This document shows positions 1 to 11,581 of a stretch of DNA of 64,000 nucleotides, piece by piece. The position numbers were made by a program, and so were the translations under genes. The stretch comes from Planctomycetota bacterium (GTDB lineage: Bacteria; Planctomycetota; UBA11346), in NCBI GenBank assembly GCA_038231435.1, contig JBBRLJ010000021.1:1-64000 (forward strand). The letters run 5' to 3'. The first letter of the stretch is position 1. Each line of letters opens with the position of its first letter. Below the pieces are notes generated by a model. That model was not told the origin of the DNA, searched no databases, and saw only the letters and a list, made by a program, of their open reading frames with translations.

Positions 1-254
1 ACAATGGGCGTAGCCCATCCGCCGACGATCTCGCCGGCTTCCGGCGAGATCGAGCCCCGACAAAGCCCGTGGGGTAGGCCCGCAGGGCCGTAGGGGCGAA
101 GCCCCTGAACGAAAACAGCCGGGCGCCGAGGGGCGGTCGGCGGATACAATGGGCGTAGCCCATCCGCCGACGATCTCGCCGGCTTCCGGCGAGATCGAGC
201 CCCGACAAAGCCCGTGGGGTAGGCCCGCAGGGCCGTAGGGGCGAAGCCCCTGAA
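1..254. repeat. Tandem multi-hairpin (REP/BIME-like) repeat, period 145 bp, cut by the window edge
   Basis: 1-109 is identical to 146-254. The unit contains hairpins ATGGGC-GTA-GCCCAT, GATCTCGCCGG-CTT-CCGGCGAGATC, GGCCC-GCA-GGGCC and AGGGGC-GAA-GCCCCT, the last two with GTAG at their foot. Confidence 0.9.
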
Positions 255-267
255 GAACTAGCCGACC

Positions 268-1305
268 TCACTGGCCGCCATTGGCGACGCGTTGCATCTG
301 AGTCGGCTTCCCAAGCACCGCCAAGTGGTCTCCGGCCGCGAGCACGCGGGCGCCGTCGGGATGGAAGTCGCGATCCTGGCCGCGGATCAGCAGCACCACG
401 CTGACATCGCAATCGCGTTCGACGTCGGCCACGCTGCGGCCAACCAGCTTCGACGACGCTCCCACCGCGAAGCGGCCGAGGCTCAGCGCCTCGCCCTCGA
501 CCACCAGCGGCGAGGTGACGTCGATGTTGGCCGCCGCCGCCGCGAAGATCGGTGCCGCCATGCCCGCGGCGCTGAAAGCCTTGAAGCCCGAGTGCTGGGC
601 GAGGTGTTGCGCGAAATCATCGTCGAAGATGCGGATCACCACCTCGATCTTCGGATTGAGCGAGCGCGCCTTCAGGGCCATCTGCAGGTTGAGGCTGTCG
701 TTCTGGGTGCAGAGCATGATCGCGCGCGCGACCTGGACGCCGGCAGCGGTCAGGATCTGTTCGCGGGTCGCGTCGCCCTGCAGCACCGGGATGTCCATCG
801 CCTTGACCTTCTCCATCAGGTCGTCCTCGGGCTGCAGCTCGATCACCGCGACATCCTGGTCGAGTTCGTCGAGATGCTTCACCACCCTGAACCCGAGGTG
901 GCCCAGGCCGACGAGGATGACGTGGTTCGTGAGGGTCGAGGCGAGGGCCATCTCCCACTCCTTGCCGCGGTTGCGGCGGTTGAACAGCAGACTGCCGAAA
1001 TCGGCGAGTCCCTGCGCGAGGGTGGCGATGCCGATGAGCGGCATGACGAAGTAGAAGCCCTGCAGATACCATTGGTCCGGCCAGTCGAGGCTCGCCTGCA
1101 GGAAGGTGAGCGACAGCACGTGGTAGGTCGCGTGCACCAGCCCCACCGGATGCCCGGATACCACCGAGAGCAGATCGTAGATCGCGCCACCGCTAGCCAT
1201 GACCGCGCCGCAGACCAGCAGGGGGGCGCGGAACTCCTTGCACAGCAGCACGGTATCGCGCCATGCCACTTCGAGCCTGTGATGCAGGGAACGCCGCTTG
1301 GGCAT
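268..1305 (-). CDS. Potassium channel-type protein with TM segments and TrkA-N/TrkA-C (RCK) domains
   Basis: Hydrophobic N-terminal segments; Rossmann motif VILVGLGHLG; GDAT motif; C-terminal TrkA-C region (LVGRSVADV...GDHLAVLG). Start placed at MPKRR (1305). Confidence 0.85.
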   Translation of the reverse strand: MPKRRSLHHRLEVAWRDTVLLCKEFRAPLLVCGAVMASGGAIYDLLSVVSGHPVGLVHATYHVLSLTFLQASLDWPDQWYLQGFYFVMPLIGIATLAQGLADFGSLLFNRRNRGKEWEMALASTLTNHVILVGLGHLGFRVVKHLDELDQDVAVIELQPEDDLMEKVKAMDIPVLQGDATREQILTAAGVQVARAIMLCTQNDSLNLQMALKARSLNPKIEVVIRIFDDDFAQHLAQHSGFKAFSAAGMAAPIFAAAAANIDVTSPLVVEGEALSLGRFAVGASSKLVGRSVADVERDCDVSVVLLIRGQDRDFHPDGARVLAAGDHLAVLGKPTQMQRVANGGQ

Positions 1306-1443
1306 GCCCTGTTCTGGCGGTCGGCGCGAGCGTGGCAATCCCACGGATGGGCGGGCCGAGTCTGCTCACGGTGCCGCTCACGGATGCTCGCGCCTCTTCC
1401 CCGATGGGGGTACCGCGTTAGACCCACCGCGCAGGAGCACGCC

Positions 1444-2076
1444 ATGCCCATCATCGATGCCGCCATCGATCGCTACGCCCACGACCGCACCCGTGTCGAG
1501 CCGGCGCTGCTCGCCGAATTGGCCGCCGACACCCGCGCGCAGAAGTCCGACGCCGGCATGCTCACCGGCAAGGTCGAGGGGCGGCTGCTGACCATGCTCG
1601 CGCGCATGATCGGAGCAAAGCGCGTGCTTGAGCTCGGTACCTTCACTGGTTACTCGGCGCTGTCGCTCGCCGAGGGTCTGCCCGATGACGGCACGGTGAT
1701 CAGCTGCGATATCGATCCCCAGGCCAAGGAATTCGCGAGCCGCTACATCGCGCGATCGCAGCATGCGCGCAAGATCTCGATCCTGATTGGACCGGCCCTC
1801 GCCACCCTGGAGACCTTGCCTGGGCCGTTCGACCTGGTCTTCATCGACGCCGACAAGGAGAACTACGCGCGGTACTACGAGGCGGTGGTGCCCAAGGTGC
1901 GCGGCGGCGGCCTGATCGTGGTCGATAACGCCCTATGGAGCGGCAAGATCCTCGATCCGAAGGACGATTCGAGCCGCGCCATCGATACCCTCAATCGCAT
2001 GATCGAACGGGATGCCCGGGTCGAGAACGTGCTGCTTACGGTGCGCGACGGAGTGCACCTGGCGCGGAAGAGGTGA
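1444..2076 (+). CDS. Class I SAM-dependent O-methyltransferase (CCoAOMT/COMT-like)
   Basis: VLELGTFTGYS, FDLVFIDADKENY and VDNALWSG motifs; GGAG upstream of ATG 1444. Confidence 0.92.
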   Translation: MPIIDAAIDRYAHDRTRVEPALLAELAADTRAQKSDAGMLTGKVEGRLLTMLARMIGAKRVLELGTFTGYSALSLAEGLPDDGTVISCDIDPQAKEFASRYIARSQHARKISILIGPALATLETLPGPFDLVFIDADKENYARYYEAVVPKVRGGGLIVVDNALWSGKILDPKDDSSRAIDTLNRMIERDARVENVLLTVRDGVHLARKR

Positions 2077-2080
2077 CTAC

Positions 2081-4471
2081 TTACGCACGCTCGTCGCGCC
2101 TTCGGGCCATCAACGTGAACGCGGCGACCAGCAGCCCCAGCCCAGTGCCCAGTCCGCAGCGGCCGGCGCCGCCGGGACTCGCTGAAGGGGCGGATTCGGA
2201 GGCGTCGTTCGCCGCCTGGGCGGGGAAGAGCTGAGTGGGTTCGATGTAGTGGCGCGCGTAGTTCGGGGTGCTCCACGACAGCTGTGCGACTGCGCCGCCG
2301 GTGTTTTCGAAGTATTCGAGCTTCACGCTGTAGAGCTGATTGGCGTTCATCCACATGGTGTAGCTGTTGTCGGTCGCCGCGTGGCTGGTCCAGTTGTCGA
2401 TCACCAGCTTCCCGTCGATCCACAGCCGCACGCCGTCGTCGCTGGTCAGCCACAGGGTGTGGTCGCTCGCGGATCCGGGCTTGATGAAACCCGTCCACCG
2501 TGCCGAGAAGTGGTCGGAGGCCAGGCCGCCGCCAGGCGAGCCGCCGCCCCAGTTGAAGTTCACCGTCGGATCGAAACGGGTGAAGGCGCGGCTGGCGAGG
2601 TTCTGGTCGGAGAAGTATTCGGCGTACAGGCCGGTGCCCGGAGTCGCTGTGACGATCAGGCTGATGGAATCGATGTTCCCGGCGTACGCACTCGCCCCGA
2701 CGCCATCGATCACCAGCCTCAGGCGATGCTGGCCAGCCGGCAGCGAGACTCCGGTCTTGGCCACTGTCTGCCAGGTGTCCCAGCCGCCGGTGTCGGGGAT
2801 CGCCATAGCGCCGGAGACGTTCGCCCCATCGCATTCGACATGGAACGTACCGCCCGCACCGAGCGAGGCGACCTTGGCCGACAGCGTGTAGGAGCCTGCG
2901 GCGGCGATATTCACACTATAGACCAGCCACTCGCCGGTCTTGGTCCAGCCGAGGGTGTTGCCGCCGACGCAGGGATACAGATCGACGCCGGTGGCGCGGA
3001 ACGCGCCGCCCTCGTTCGCTGAGGTGGTGTCGTGGTAGGCGATGCCCTCGCCGCCGTTGTCGAAGTTCTCGGCCTGGATGGTCCCGGGAATCGCCACCGC
3101 CGTGCCGGTGAAGGGCGCGGAGCCGGACGCGGCCGGCGCCGACACGCTCAGATGCATGGGCGCCGAGGTGACCACGCGCCCACCGGCATCGTATGCCTTC
3201 ACGGTGAAGGTGTAGGAGCCCTGGGCGAGGTTCGCCCAGCACGTCCACGCCCACGGCGCCGAGGTGTCGTCGAAGAGCTTGCTGGAGTCGCTGTAGAACT
3301 CGACATGGGTGATGGCGTAGCCCGACGACGCGGTCGCGGTGACGGTGATGGCGTTGGCCGAGGGGAAGACCGAGCCGTCAGCCGGCGAGGTGATGATCGC
3401 CGTGAGCGGCGCGACCGTGGGTGGAGGCGTGGCGCCCGCCTTGCGCTGGCTGAACAGCCAGGCCCACAGCGCCGGGGTATTGTAGGCCTTGAACCAGATG
3501 TCGGCGTGGGCGTCGTGGCCGGTGCCGTCCTGGAAGATGGTGAAGATCGGCGAGCGGCCGGCGGCCGGCGCGGCCACGCCGCGGCCCCAGGTCCACGACG
3601 AGCCATTCTGGTAGCCGGTGTAGTCGCCGTCGGCCTTCGGCGACTGCACGAACATGCTGGTCCCGGAGACGGTGCCGTTGTTGAACGGGTAGCCGGCGAG
3701 GCAGTTGCCGCCACCAGCGTTGAAGCAATACGCGGTGTCGATCGAAGTGCAGTACGTGGCGGTGAAGCAGTCGAATGCCCAGGTGGGCGCCGAGAACAGG
3801 TGCGGCGCGAAATTGTACTGGTCGGCCGCGACAATGGGTACGCACGCGGCGATCAGCGCGTCGCCGCCGTTCATCATGGTGTTGAGCGTGCCGCCGCCGC
3901 CTCGGCTGCCACCGGTGAGGTAGATGCACGCGGGGTCGACGTTGTAGCGGCTCTTCGCCCACGAGATGAGCGTCAGCACCTCTTGATACGGCCAGCCGAT
4001 CTTGGTGATGGACTGGTTCACATAGATGTCGTCACAGTCGAGTTGCGGCGAGATCACGATGCAGCGGTTGGCGTCGAACAGCGATGCGTTCATGCCGCCG
4101 CCGTAGACGTTGCCGTTGTCGACGTTGCCGGCGATCAGGGCCGGCACGCCCCACTTGGCCACCGTGGTGACGTCGTTGCTGTAGGTCGGCCCGGTGGCCG
4201 AATACCAGCCATTCCCGCCGCCCCACGGATGCAGGGAGATCAGCAGCTTGTACGGAGCTGCAGTCGCCGCGTAGCCGCTCGGCAGGTATTCGAGGTACGA
4301 CTTGAGGATATGCGGCACGCGCGCGGTGTTGTTCTGGTCCTGCGGCGCGTAGCCGTTGGGGTAGGCGTTGTACTGCGCGGTCTGGGCGGCGCTCAGCGCC
4401 GTCGCCACGGTCATGAGCAGGATCGAGGCGTGGATGGCGCGGAGCAGCGAGCGGAGGCTGGGGTGCGGCAT
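2081..4471 (-). CDS. Secreted multidomain protein: alpha/beta-hydrolase (esterase-like) + Ig-like + CBM6/35-like + PA14 + C-terminal membrane anchor
   Basis: Signal peptide; IYLTGGSRGGGG nucleophile elbow; ITSPADGSVF Ig-like motif; IQAENFDNGGEG CBM motif; SDDGVRLWIDGKLVIDNW PA14 motif; CGLG-TM-RRR tail. Confidence 0.85.
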   Translation of the reverse strand: MPHPSLRSLLRAIHASILLMTVATALSAAQTAQYNAYPNGYAPQDQNNTARVPHILKSYLEYLPSGYAATAAPYKLLISLHPWGGGNGWYSATGPTYSNDVTTVAKWGVPALIAGNVDNGNVYGGGMNASLFDANRCIVISPQLDCDDIYVNQSITKIGWPYQEVLTLISWAKSRYNVDPACIYLTGGSRGGGGTLNTMMNGGDALIAACVPIVAADQYNFAPHLFSAPTWAFDCFTATYCTSIDTAYCFNAGGGNCLAGYPFNNGTVSGTSMFVQSPKADGDYTGYQNGSSWTWGRGVAAPAAGRSPIFTIFQDGTGHDAHADIWFKAYNTPALWAWLFSQRKAGATPPPTVAPLTAIITSPADGSVFPSANAITVTATASSGYAITHVEFYSDSSKLFDDTSAPWAWTCWANLAQGSYTFTVKAYDAGGRVVTSAPMHLSVSAPAASGSAPFTGTAVAIPGTIQAENFDNGGEGIAYHDTTSANEGGAFRATGVDLYPCVGGNTLGWTKTGEWLVYSVNIAAAGSYTLSAKVASLGAGGTFHVECDGANVSGAMAIPDTGGWDTWQTVAKTGVSLPAGQHRLRLVIDGVGASAYAGNIDSISLIVTATPGTGLYAEYFSDQNLASRAFTRFDPTVNFNWGGGSPGGGLASDHFSARWTGFIKPGSASDHTLWLTSDDGVRLWIDGKLVIDNWTSHAATDNSYTMWMNANQLYSVKLEYFENTGGAVAQLSWSTPNYARHYIEPTQLFPAQAANDASESAPSASPGGAGRCGLGTGLGLLVAAFTLMARRRDERA

Positions 4472-4739
4472 GGGGGCTCCTCGGACGGTGTGGGGCGCGA
4501 TCGGGCCTACTGCCTGAGTCCGGGGCCGGCGGGCGCTTGTTACGTCCCGCGTGCGGCCTGACGCCCGCTGGCGCCCGCCCATGTCATACACGGGATAGGT
4601 GCGCCAATCCGTGGGCGTGCCAGGCCTTGGCTGGATAGTGGCCAGGCATCGGACAGCCACTCCGACCGGGTCCACCGACCGTGCCCCCGTCTCGCCCCGA
4701 GGCTGGTTTCTTGCGCGGAGCCGCCTCTAGGATGCGCCC

Positions 4740-5381
4740 ATGACCGATGACCCTATCGCGCCCGCCGCCGTTCCCGGAACCACATCCACGCCAGCGATTC
4801 CAGGCGCGCGCCGTTGGAAGCCCAAGGGCCGATCGCGCGGTTGGGTCGCCCCCGCGATCATCGTTGCGGCGGTGGTGGTCATCGCGCTGGTGGTGGTGAT
4901 CAATCTCGTGGTGGCGAAAGGCTACGAAGGCCGACCGCGGCTGATCGCCGCGGTCGGTGATCCCAAGGCCGACGGCGGCACGCTGCCCGCGGGGTGGATC
5001 GCGTATGGCAGCGAGATCACGTGCGGAGCGAAGGACACCGCGCGCCTGCGCTTCGAGGATGGCAGCCTGGTCGATATCGGCGGCGGCGCGCGCCTGCGCA
5101 TCGAGAAGCCGGGTGCGTCGGAAGGGAAATTCCTGCACCTGAGCGCCGGCATCTTCGGTGCGCAGATCCCTCCGCAGCCGGACGGCAAGCCGCTGCGCAT
5201 CGCGACGCCGCATGGCGACGCGCTGGTCGAGGGCGCCAAGATGACGCTCACCGTGACCGGAGCGACCACCCTCCTGACGGTGGACCAGGGCAGCGTGCGG
5301 TTGTTGGCGAAGGATCGTCCTGCGCAGACGGTCGAGGCTGGCGGCATGGGCTTCCTCGGGGCCGATCCCGCGGCCCGCTGA
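4740..5381 (+). CDS. FecR-domain membrane protein
   Basis: Single TM helix followed by ARLRFEDGSLVDI...IATPHGDALVEG...VDQGSVRL, a FecR-like beta-domain. Confidence 0.75.
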   Translation: MTDDPIAPAAVPGTTSTPAIPGARRWKPKGRSRGWVAPAIIVAAVVVIALVVVINLVVAKGYEGRPRLIAAVGDPKADGGTLPAGWIAYGSEITCGAKDTARLRFEDGSLVDIGGGARLRIEKPGASEGKFLHLSAGIFGAQIPPQPDGKPLRIATPHGDALVEGAKMTLTVTGATTLLTVDQGSVRLLAKDRPAQTVEAGGMGFLGADPAAR

Positions 5382-5461
5382 GCCACGGTTCTTCGTCCGA
5401 CCTCGTCCGCTTTTCGTCCGGGCAGCGCGTCCGATCCGCCGCCGGACGAGTCCATCAAACA

Positions 5462-5491
5462 GAGCACCCCGGCATCGCTGCCGGGGTGCTC
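5462..5491 (-). terminator. GC hairpin downstream of groEL, probable terminator
   Basis: GAGCACCCCGGCA-TCGC-TGCCGGGGTGCTC perfect 13-bp stem between convergent genes. Confidence 0.65.
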
Positions 5492-5513
5492 GAATCCTTC
5501 GGTCGCGAAGCGA

Positions 5514-7127
<1,614 letters not shown>

Positions 7128-7181
7128 GTGGGTATTCTCGTTTGTTGATTATTGGTTGGTTTGGAGGTCGGTCTGGTCAGC

Positions 7182-7502
7182 TCAGCCGAGCTTTGCCAGG
7201 ATGTCCGACTCTTTCAGGATGACGACTTCCTGACCGTCGACGGTCAGCTCGGCGCCCGAGTACTTGCCGAACAGGATGAGGTCGCCCGTGGCGACGTCCG
7301 GCTTGGCGCGATCACCGTTGTCGAGCAGCTTGCCCGGTCCGACGGCGATGACCTTGCCCTGCTGCGGCTTCTCCTTGGCGTTCTCCGGGAGGATGATGCC
7401 GCCGGCCGTCGCCTGCTCGGCTTCGGTGCGCGTCACGACGATCCTGTCGTCGAGCGGCTTGATGGTGTGGCTGATCGCCTTGGCTTTTCCTGATGCGGCC
7501 AT
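7182..7502 (-). CDS. groS: Co-chaperonin GroES
   Basis: IKPLDDRIVV, TAGGIILP, GKVIAVGPG and KYSG motifs. Confidence 0.97.
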   Translation of the reverse strand: MAASGKAKAISHTIKPLDDRIVVTRTEAEQATAGGIILPENAKEKPQQGKVIAVGPGKLLDNGDRAKPDVATGDLILFGKYSGAELTVDGQEVVILKESDILAKLG

Positions 7503-7581
7503 GATGAGTTCCTTCGAAGTAAATGTTTGTGTTGGTTGTTAGTCGAGTGTTCGCGAGTCGAAGACCTAGCCCGTTTCTGAG

Positions 7582-7650
7582 TGGGGGGCAGGCCGGAGGC
7601 CGTTGCTGGGGGGCCGTAGCCCCCCAGAGCCGCCGGCCTTGCCGGCGGCG
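7582..7650. repeat. Palindromic intergenic repeat (family 2)
   Basis: CTGGGGGG-CCGTAG-CCCCCCAG and GCCGCCGGC-CTT-GCCGGCGGC hairpins; related copy at 44787-44882. Confidence 0.7.
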
Positions 7651-7652
7651 GA

Positions 7653-9341
<1,689 letters not shown>

Positions 9342-9404
9342 GTGAATTGCTCCTGTGGGGCCTGTATTTGAGTTGGTCAGTAGGAAAAAAGGGTGTCGCG
9401 CTTA

Positions 9405-9420
9405 TGCGCAGCCTGTGCCA
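9405..9420 (-). promoter_or_regulatory. Putative sigma-54 (-24/-12) promoter of the groEL-groES-groEL operon
   Basis: Minus strand TGGCACAGGCTGCGCA with GG-N10-GC spacing, about 65 bp upstream of the groEL start. Confidence 0.55.
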
Positions 9421-9493
9421 TTTGTAACCCGTGGAGGGATAGGGCCTTTGGCGTCACTGTGCGGGGTTAATGAGGGGCGAGGGGGGCCGATCA

Positions 9494-9508
9494 TGGTCAA
9501 ATTGACCA
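9494..9508. promoter_or_regulatory. Palindromic candidate activator or repressor site
   Basis: TGGTCAA-A-TTGACCA perfect palindrome 75-90 bp upstream of the -24 element. Confidence 0.45.
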
Positions 9509-9511
9509 AGC

Positions 9512-9901
9512 TCAGCGTTTACCGGGCGGCTTGGCCGGGGGCTTCACGTCGGGCTTGGAGACGGGCTTCTCGACGCTCTTGTCCGACTTCGACTCCTTGG
9601 AGTCCGCGGTCTTGGGGGCCTCGGCCTTTTTCGGCTCGGCCTGGGTCTTCGGCTCCGAGGCAGGCTGGGCGGGTGCCGAGGACTCGCTCTCGTCCTTGCT
9701 CTTCTTCTTATAGTCCGAACTGCGATTGTAGTCGGTCTCCCAGAAGCCGCTGCCCTTGAAGATCACGCCTCCGCCACCGGAGATCATGCGCGTGACCTTC
9801 TGCTTCTTGCACTGCGGGCACTTCTTCAGCGCCGGCTCCTTGATGGACTGGAAGGCTTCGACGATGCCGCAGGTGGGACAGGCGTATTCGTAGGTAGGCA
9901 T
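9512..9901 (-). CDS. FmdB-family zinc-ribbon protein with Lys/Pro/Ser-rich tail
   Basis: MPTYEYACPTCG...CPQC...GGGVIFKGSGFWETDY. Confidence 0.9.
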   Translation of the reverse strand: MPTYEYACPTCGIVEAFQSIKEPALKKCPQCKKQKVTRMISGGGGVIFKGSGFWETDYNRSSDYKKKSKDESESSAPAQPASEPKTQAEPKKAEAPKTADSKESKSDKSVEKPVSKPDVKPPAKPPGKR

Positions 9902-10048
9902 GGGGGTGGACCAGAATGGCGTTGGGGGCAGGGATAGAAGCGTCTGAGGTGCCAATGACTTCACTGGCTGCTGAGCGCCTCCGTCGCTCGGCCCGCGCGG
10001 GCCCGGTCAGCCGGCAGCCGGGGATCGGTGTGCGTAGCGGGCCTAACG

Positions 10049-10600
10049 ATGGCTTCGAGGAGCTTCGACCCTACGGTGTCGCGGCTCATGGACGAATCTC
10101 AGCCGCTGTCTCCGGGATTCCTGCGCATCGGCGTGAAGCTGCCGCGGGGGGAGTCGTATACGCCGGGGGAGCTGGCGCGGGTGGTCGGAGTCGCGCTCGA
10201 TGAGGTTGGGCCGATCGTGGTCGGCGAGGGCGAGGCCCAGGTCGACGTGCGGCTCGAGTCGGGCAAGGCGGCGCGCGCCTTCCTCGAGCGCATCGGGCCG
10301 ACACGCATCGTCGATTGGCAGTGGCGGTGGATGAAGATCCTGATTGGCCGCAACCACGGCATGTCGATGGGCCAGCTGCGCAAGATCATGCAGACCGCCG
10401 ACGCGCTGCCGCTCGGACGCATCAGCATCAACAACACCCACACGCTGGTCGGTCTGCAGGATTTCAAGATCCCGGCGGTGATGGCCAAGCTCGCGCCGCT
10501 GAAGATCAACGGCTTCTCGCCGCGTCCCGAGATGCTGCCACTGGGCAAGGGGCCGGGCGCGCCGGCGTTCACGCCGCGCGGAGCTCCTGGTCACGCCTGA
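10049..10600 (+). CDS. Protein with DbpA-type RNA-binding domain(s) and no helicase core
   Basis: IGRNHGMSMGQL...LGRISINNTHTLV resembles the DbpA RRM; the N-terminal half shows a similar pattern (TPGELARVV...VGPIVVGEGEAQVDV). Confidence 0.55.
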   Translation: MASRSFDPTVSRLMDESQPLSPGFLRIGVKLPRGESYTPGELARVVGVALDEVGPIVVGEGEAQVDVRLESGKAARAFLERIGPTRIVDWQWRWMKILIGRNHGMSMGQLRKIMQTADALPLGRISINNTHTLVGLQDFKIPAVMAKLAPLKINGFSPRPEMLPLGKGPGAPAFTPRGAPGHA

Positions 10601-10669
10601 TCGGGGATCTGACTCGGCGGGAGCCGTACTCCGTCATACTCCGCTGTATTCCGCTACTTTCAGTGAAGC

Positions 10670-11581
10670 TCAGCCCGAGAACGGCGTGCTCGCCAGGCCG
10701 ACGGTACCGGGGCGGTAGCGGAAGAGGCAGCCGGCGAGCGGCTGTTCGCGCGCCTGGGCTTCGCTCAGGCCGAGTTTCGCGGTGGTGATGTAGAGCTCGT
10801 CCAGCTTCGCGCCCCCGAACGCGCACGAGGTGACGTTCGCCACCGGCAGGGTGACGGTTTCGAGCAGCCGTCCCGAGCGCGGATCCCAGCGGTTCACCCG
10901 GCCGCCGCCCCAGTGTGCCGTCCACAGCATGCCCTCGGCGTCGATGCACATGCCGTCGAGCCAGCCGTGCTCCTTGTCGTCGACCTCTACCACCACGCGC
11001 CGTTCGCCCAGCCACGCGGCGTGCGGATCGCACGCGAAGGCCGAGATGCGCGGCAGCGCGGTGTCGATGTAGTACAGCGTGCGCTGATCGTCGCTCCAAC
11101 ACAGGCCGTTCGAGCACGACACGCCATCGAGGAGTTTGGTCGCGACGCGCCCGCGATCAGTCGCTCCATCGAGAAGATAGAGCGCGCCGACTGGCGAGAA
11201 ACCGGATCCGGTCGAGCAGGTGCCGGCCCAGAAGCGGCCGGAGGCGTCGCATTTCCCGTCGTTGAAGCGCGTGCCGTCGAGGTGCGCCTCGGGATCGCAC
11301 CAGGCATCGATAGCGCCGCTGTCGAAATCCAGGGCGGCGAAGCCCTCGGCCCAGGCAACCGCGAGCGAGCCCGATGCGCGCTCGGCCACGGCGCCGAGCA
11401 TCCCCGGCAGCTTCACCGAGCGGTCGCTGCCGCTCGCGGGGTCGAAGCGGTGGACCTCGCCATCAATGATCTCGACCCAGTACAGCTGCTGCAACGCGCT
11501 GCTCCACAGCGGTCCTTCGGCGAGTTTGGTTCGCGCCTCGAGGACCACCTCGAGTCTCGGCTGCATGCGGGCGGCATTCAT
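10670..11581 (-). CDS. SMP-30/gluconolactonase/LRE family sugar lactonase
   Basis: LAEGPLW, RFNDGKCDASGRFWAG, SNGLCWS, LDGMCIDAEG and FGG..LDELYITTA motifs. Confidence 0.93.
   Translation of the reverse strand: MNAARMQPRLEVVLEARTKLAEGPLWSSALQQLYWVEIIDGEVHRFDPASGSDRSVKLPGMLGAVAERASGSLAVAWAEGFAALDFDSGAIDAWCDPEAHLDGTRFNDGKCDASGRFWAGTCSTGSGFSPVGALYLLDGATDRGRVATKLLDGVSCSNGLCWSDDQRTLYYIDTALPRISAFACDPHAAWLGERRVVVEVDDKEHGWLDGMCIDAEGMLWTAHWGGGRVNRWDPRSGRLLETVTLPVANVTSCAFGGAKLDELYITTAKLGLSEAQAREQPLAGCLFRYRPGTVGLASTPFSG

Noticed and set aside
1..254. CRISPR array interpretation of the tandem repeat
   Set aside because: The repeated unit is at least 109 nt, and the 36-nt 'spacer' pairs with the unit and is homologous to the copy at 55.9 kb. 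No cas genes are visible.
292..2076. Long ORF-track entries suggesting fusions (also 12883-14268, 16183-17904, 24806-26863, 39520-40539, 40589-42607)
   Set aside because: The extensions are off-frame or antisense read-through of neighbouring genes in GC-rich DNA; the real starts are internal, with RBS or ATGA overlaps.
4607..4622. Sigma-54-like TGGCACG upstream of the CBM protein
   Set aside because: The -12 position reads GA rather than GC, so the element is incomplete.
7503..7580. CIRCE element before groES or groEL
   Set aside because: No TTAGCACTC-N9-GAGTGCTAA match found.
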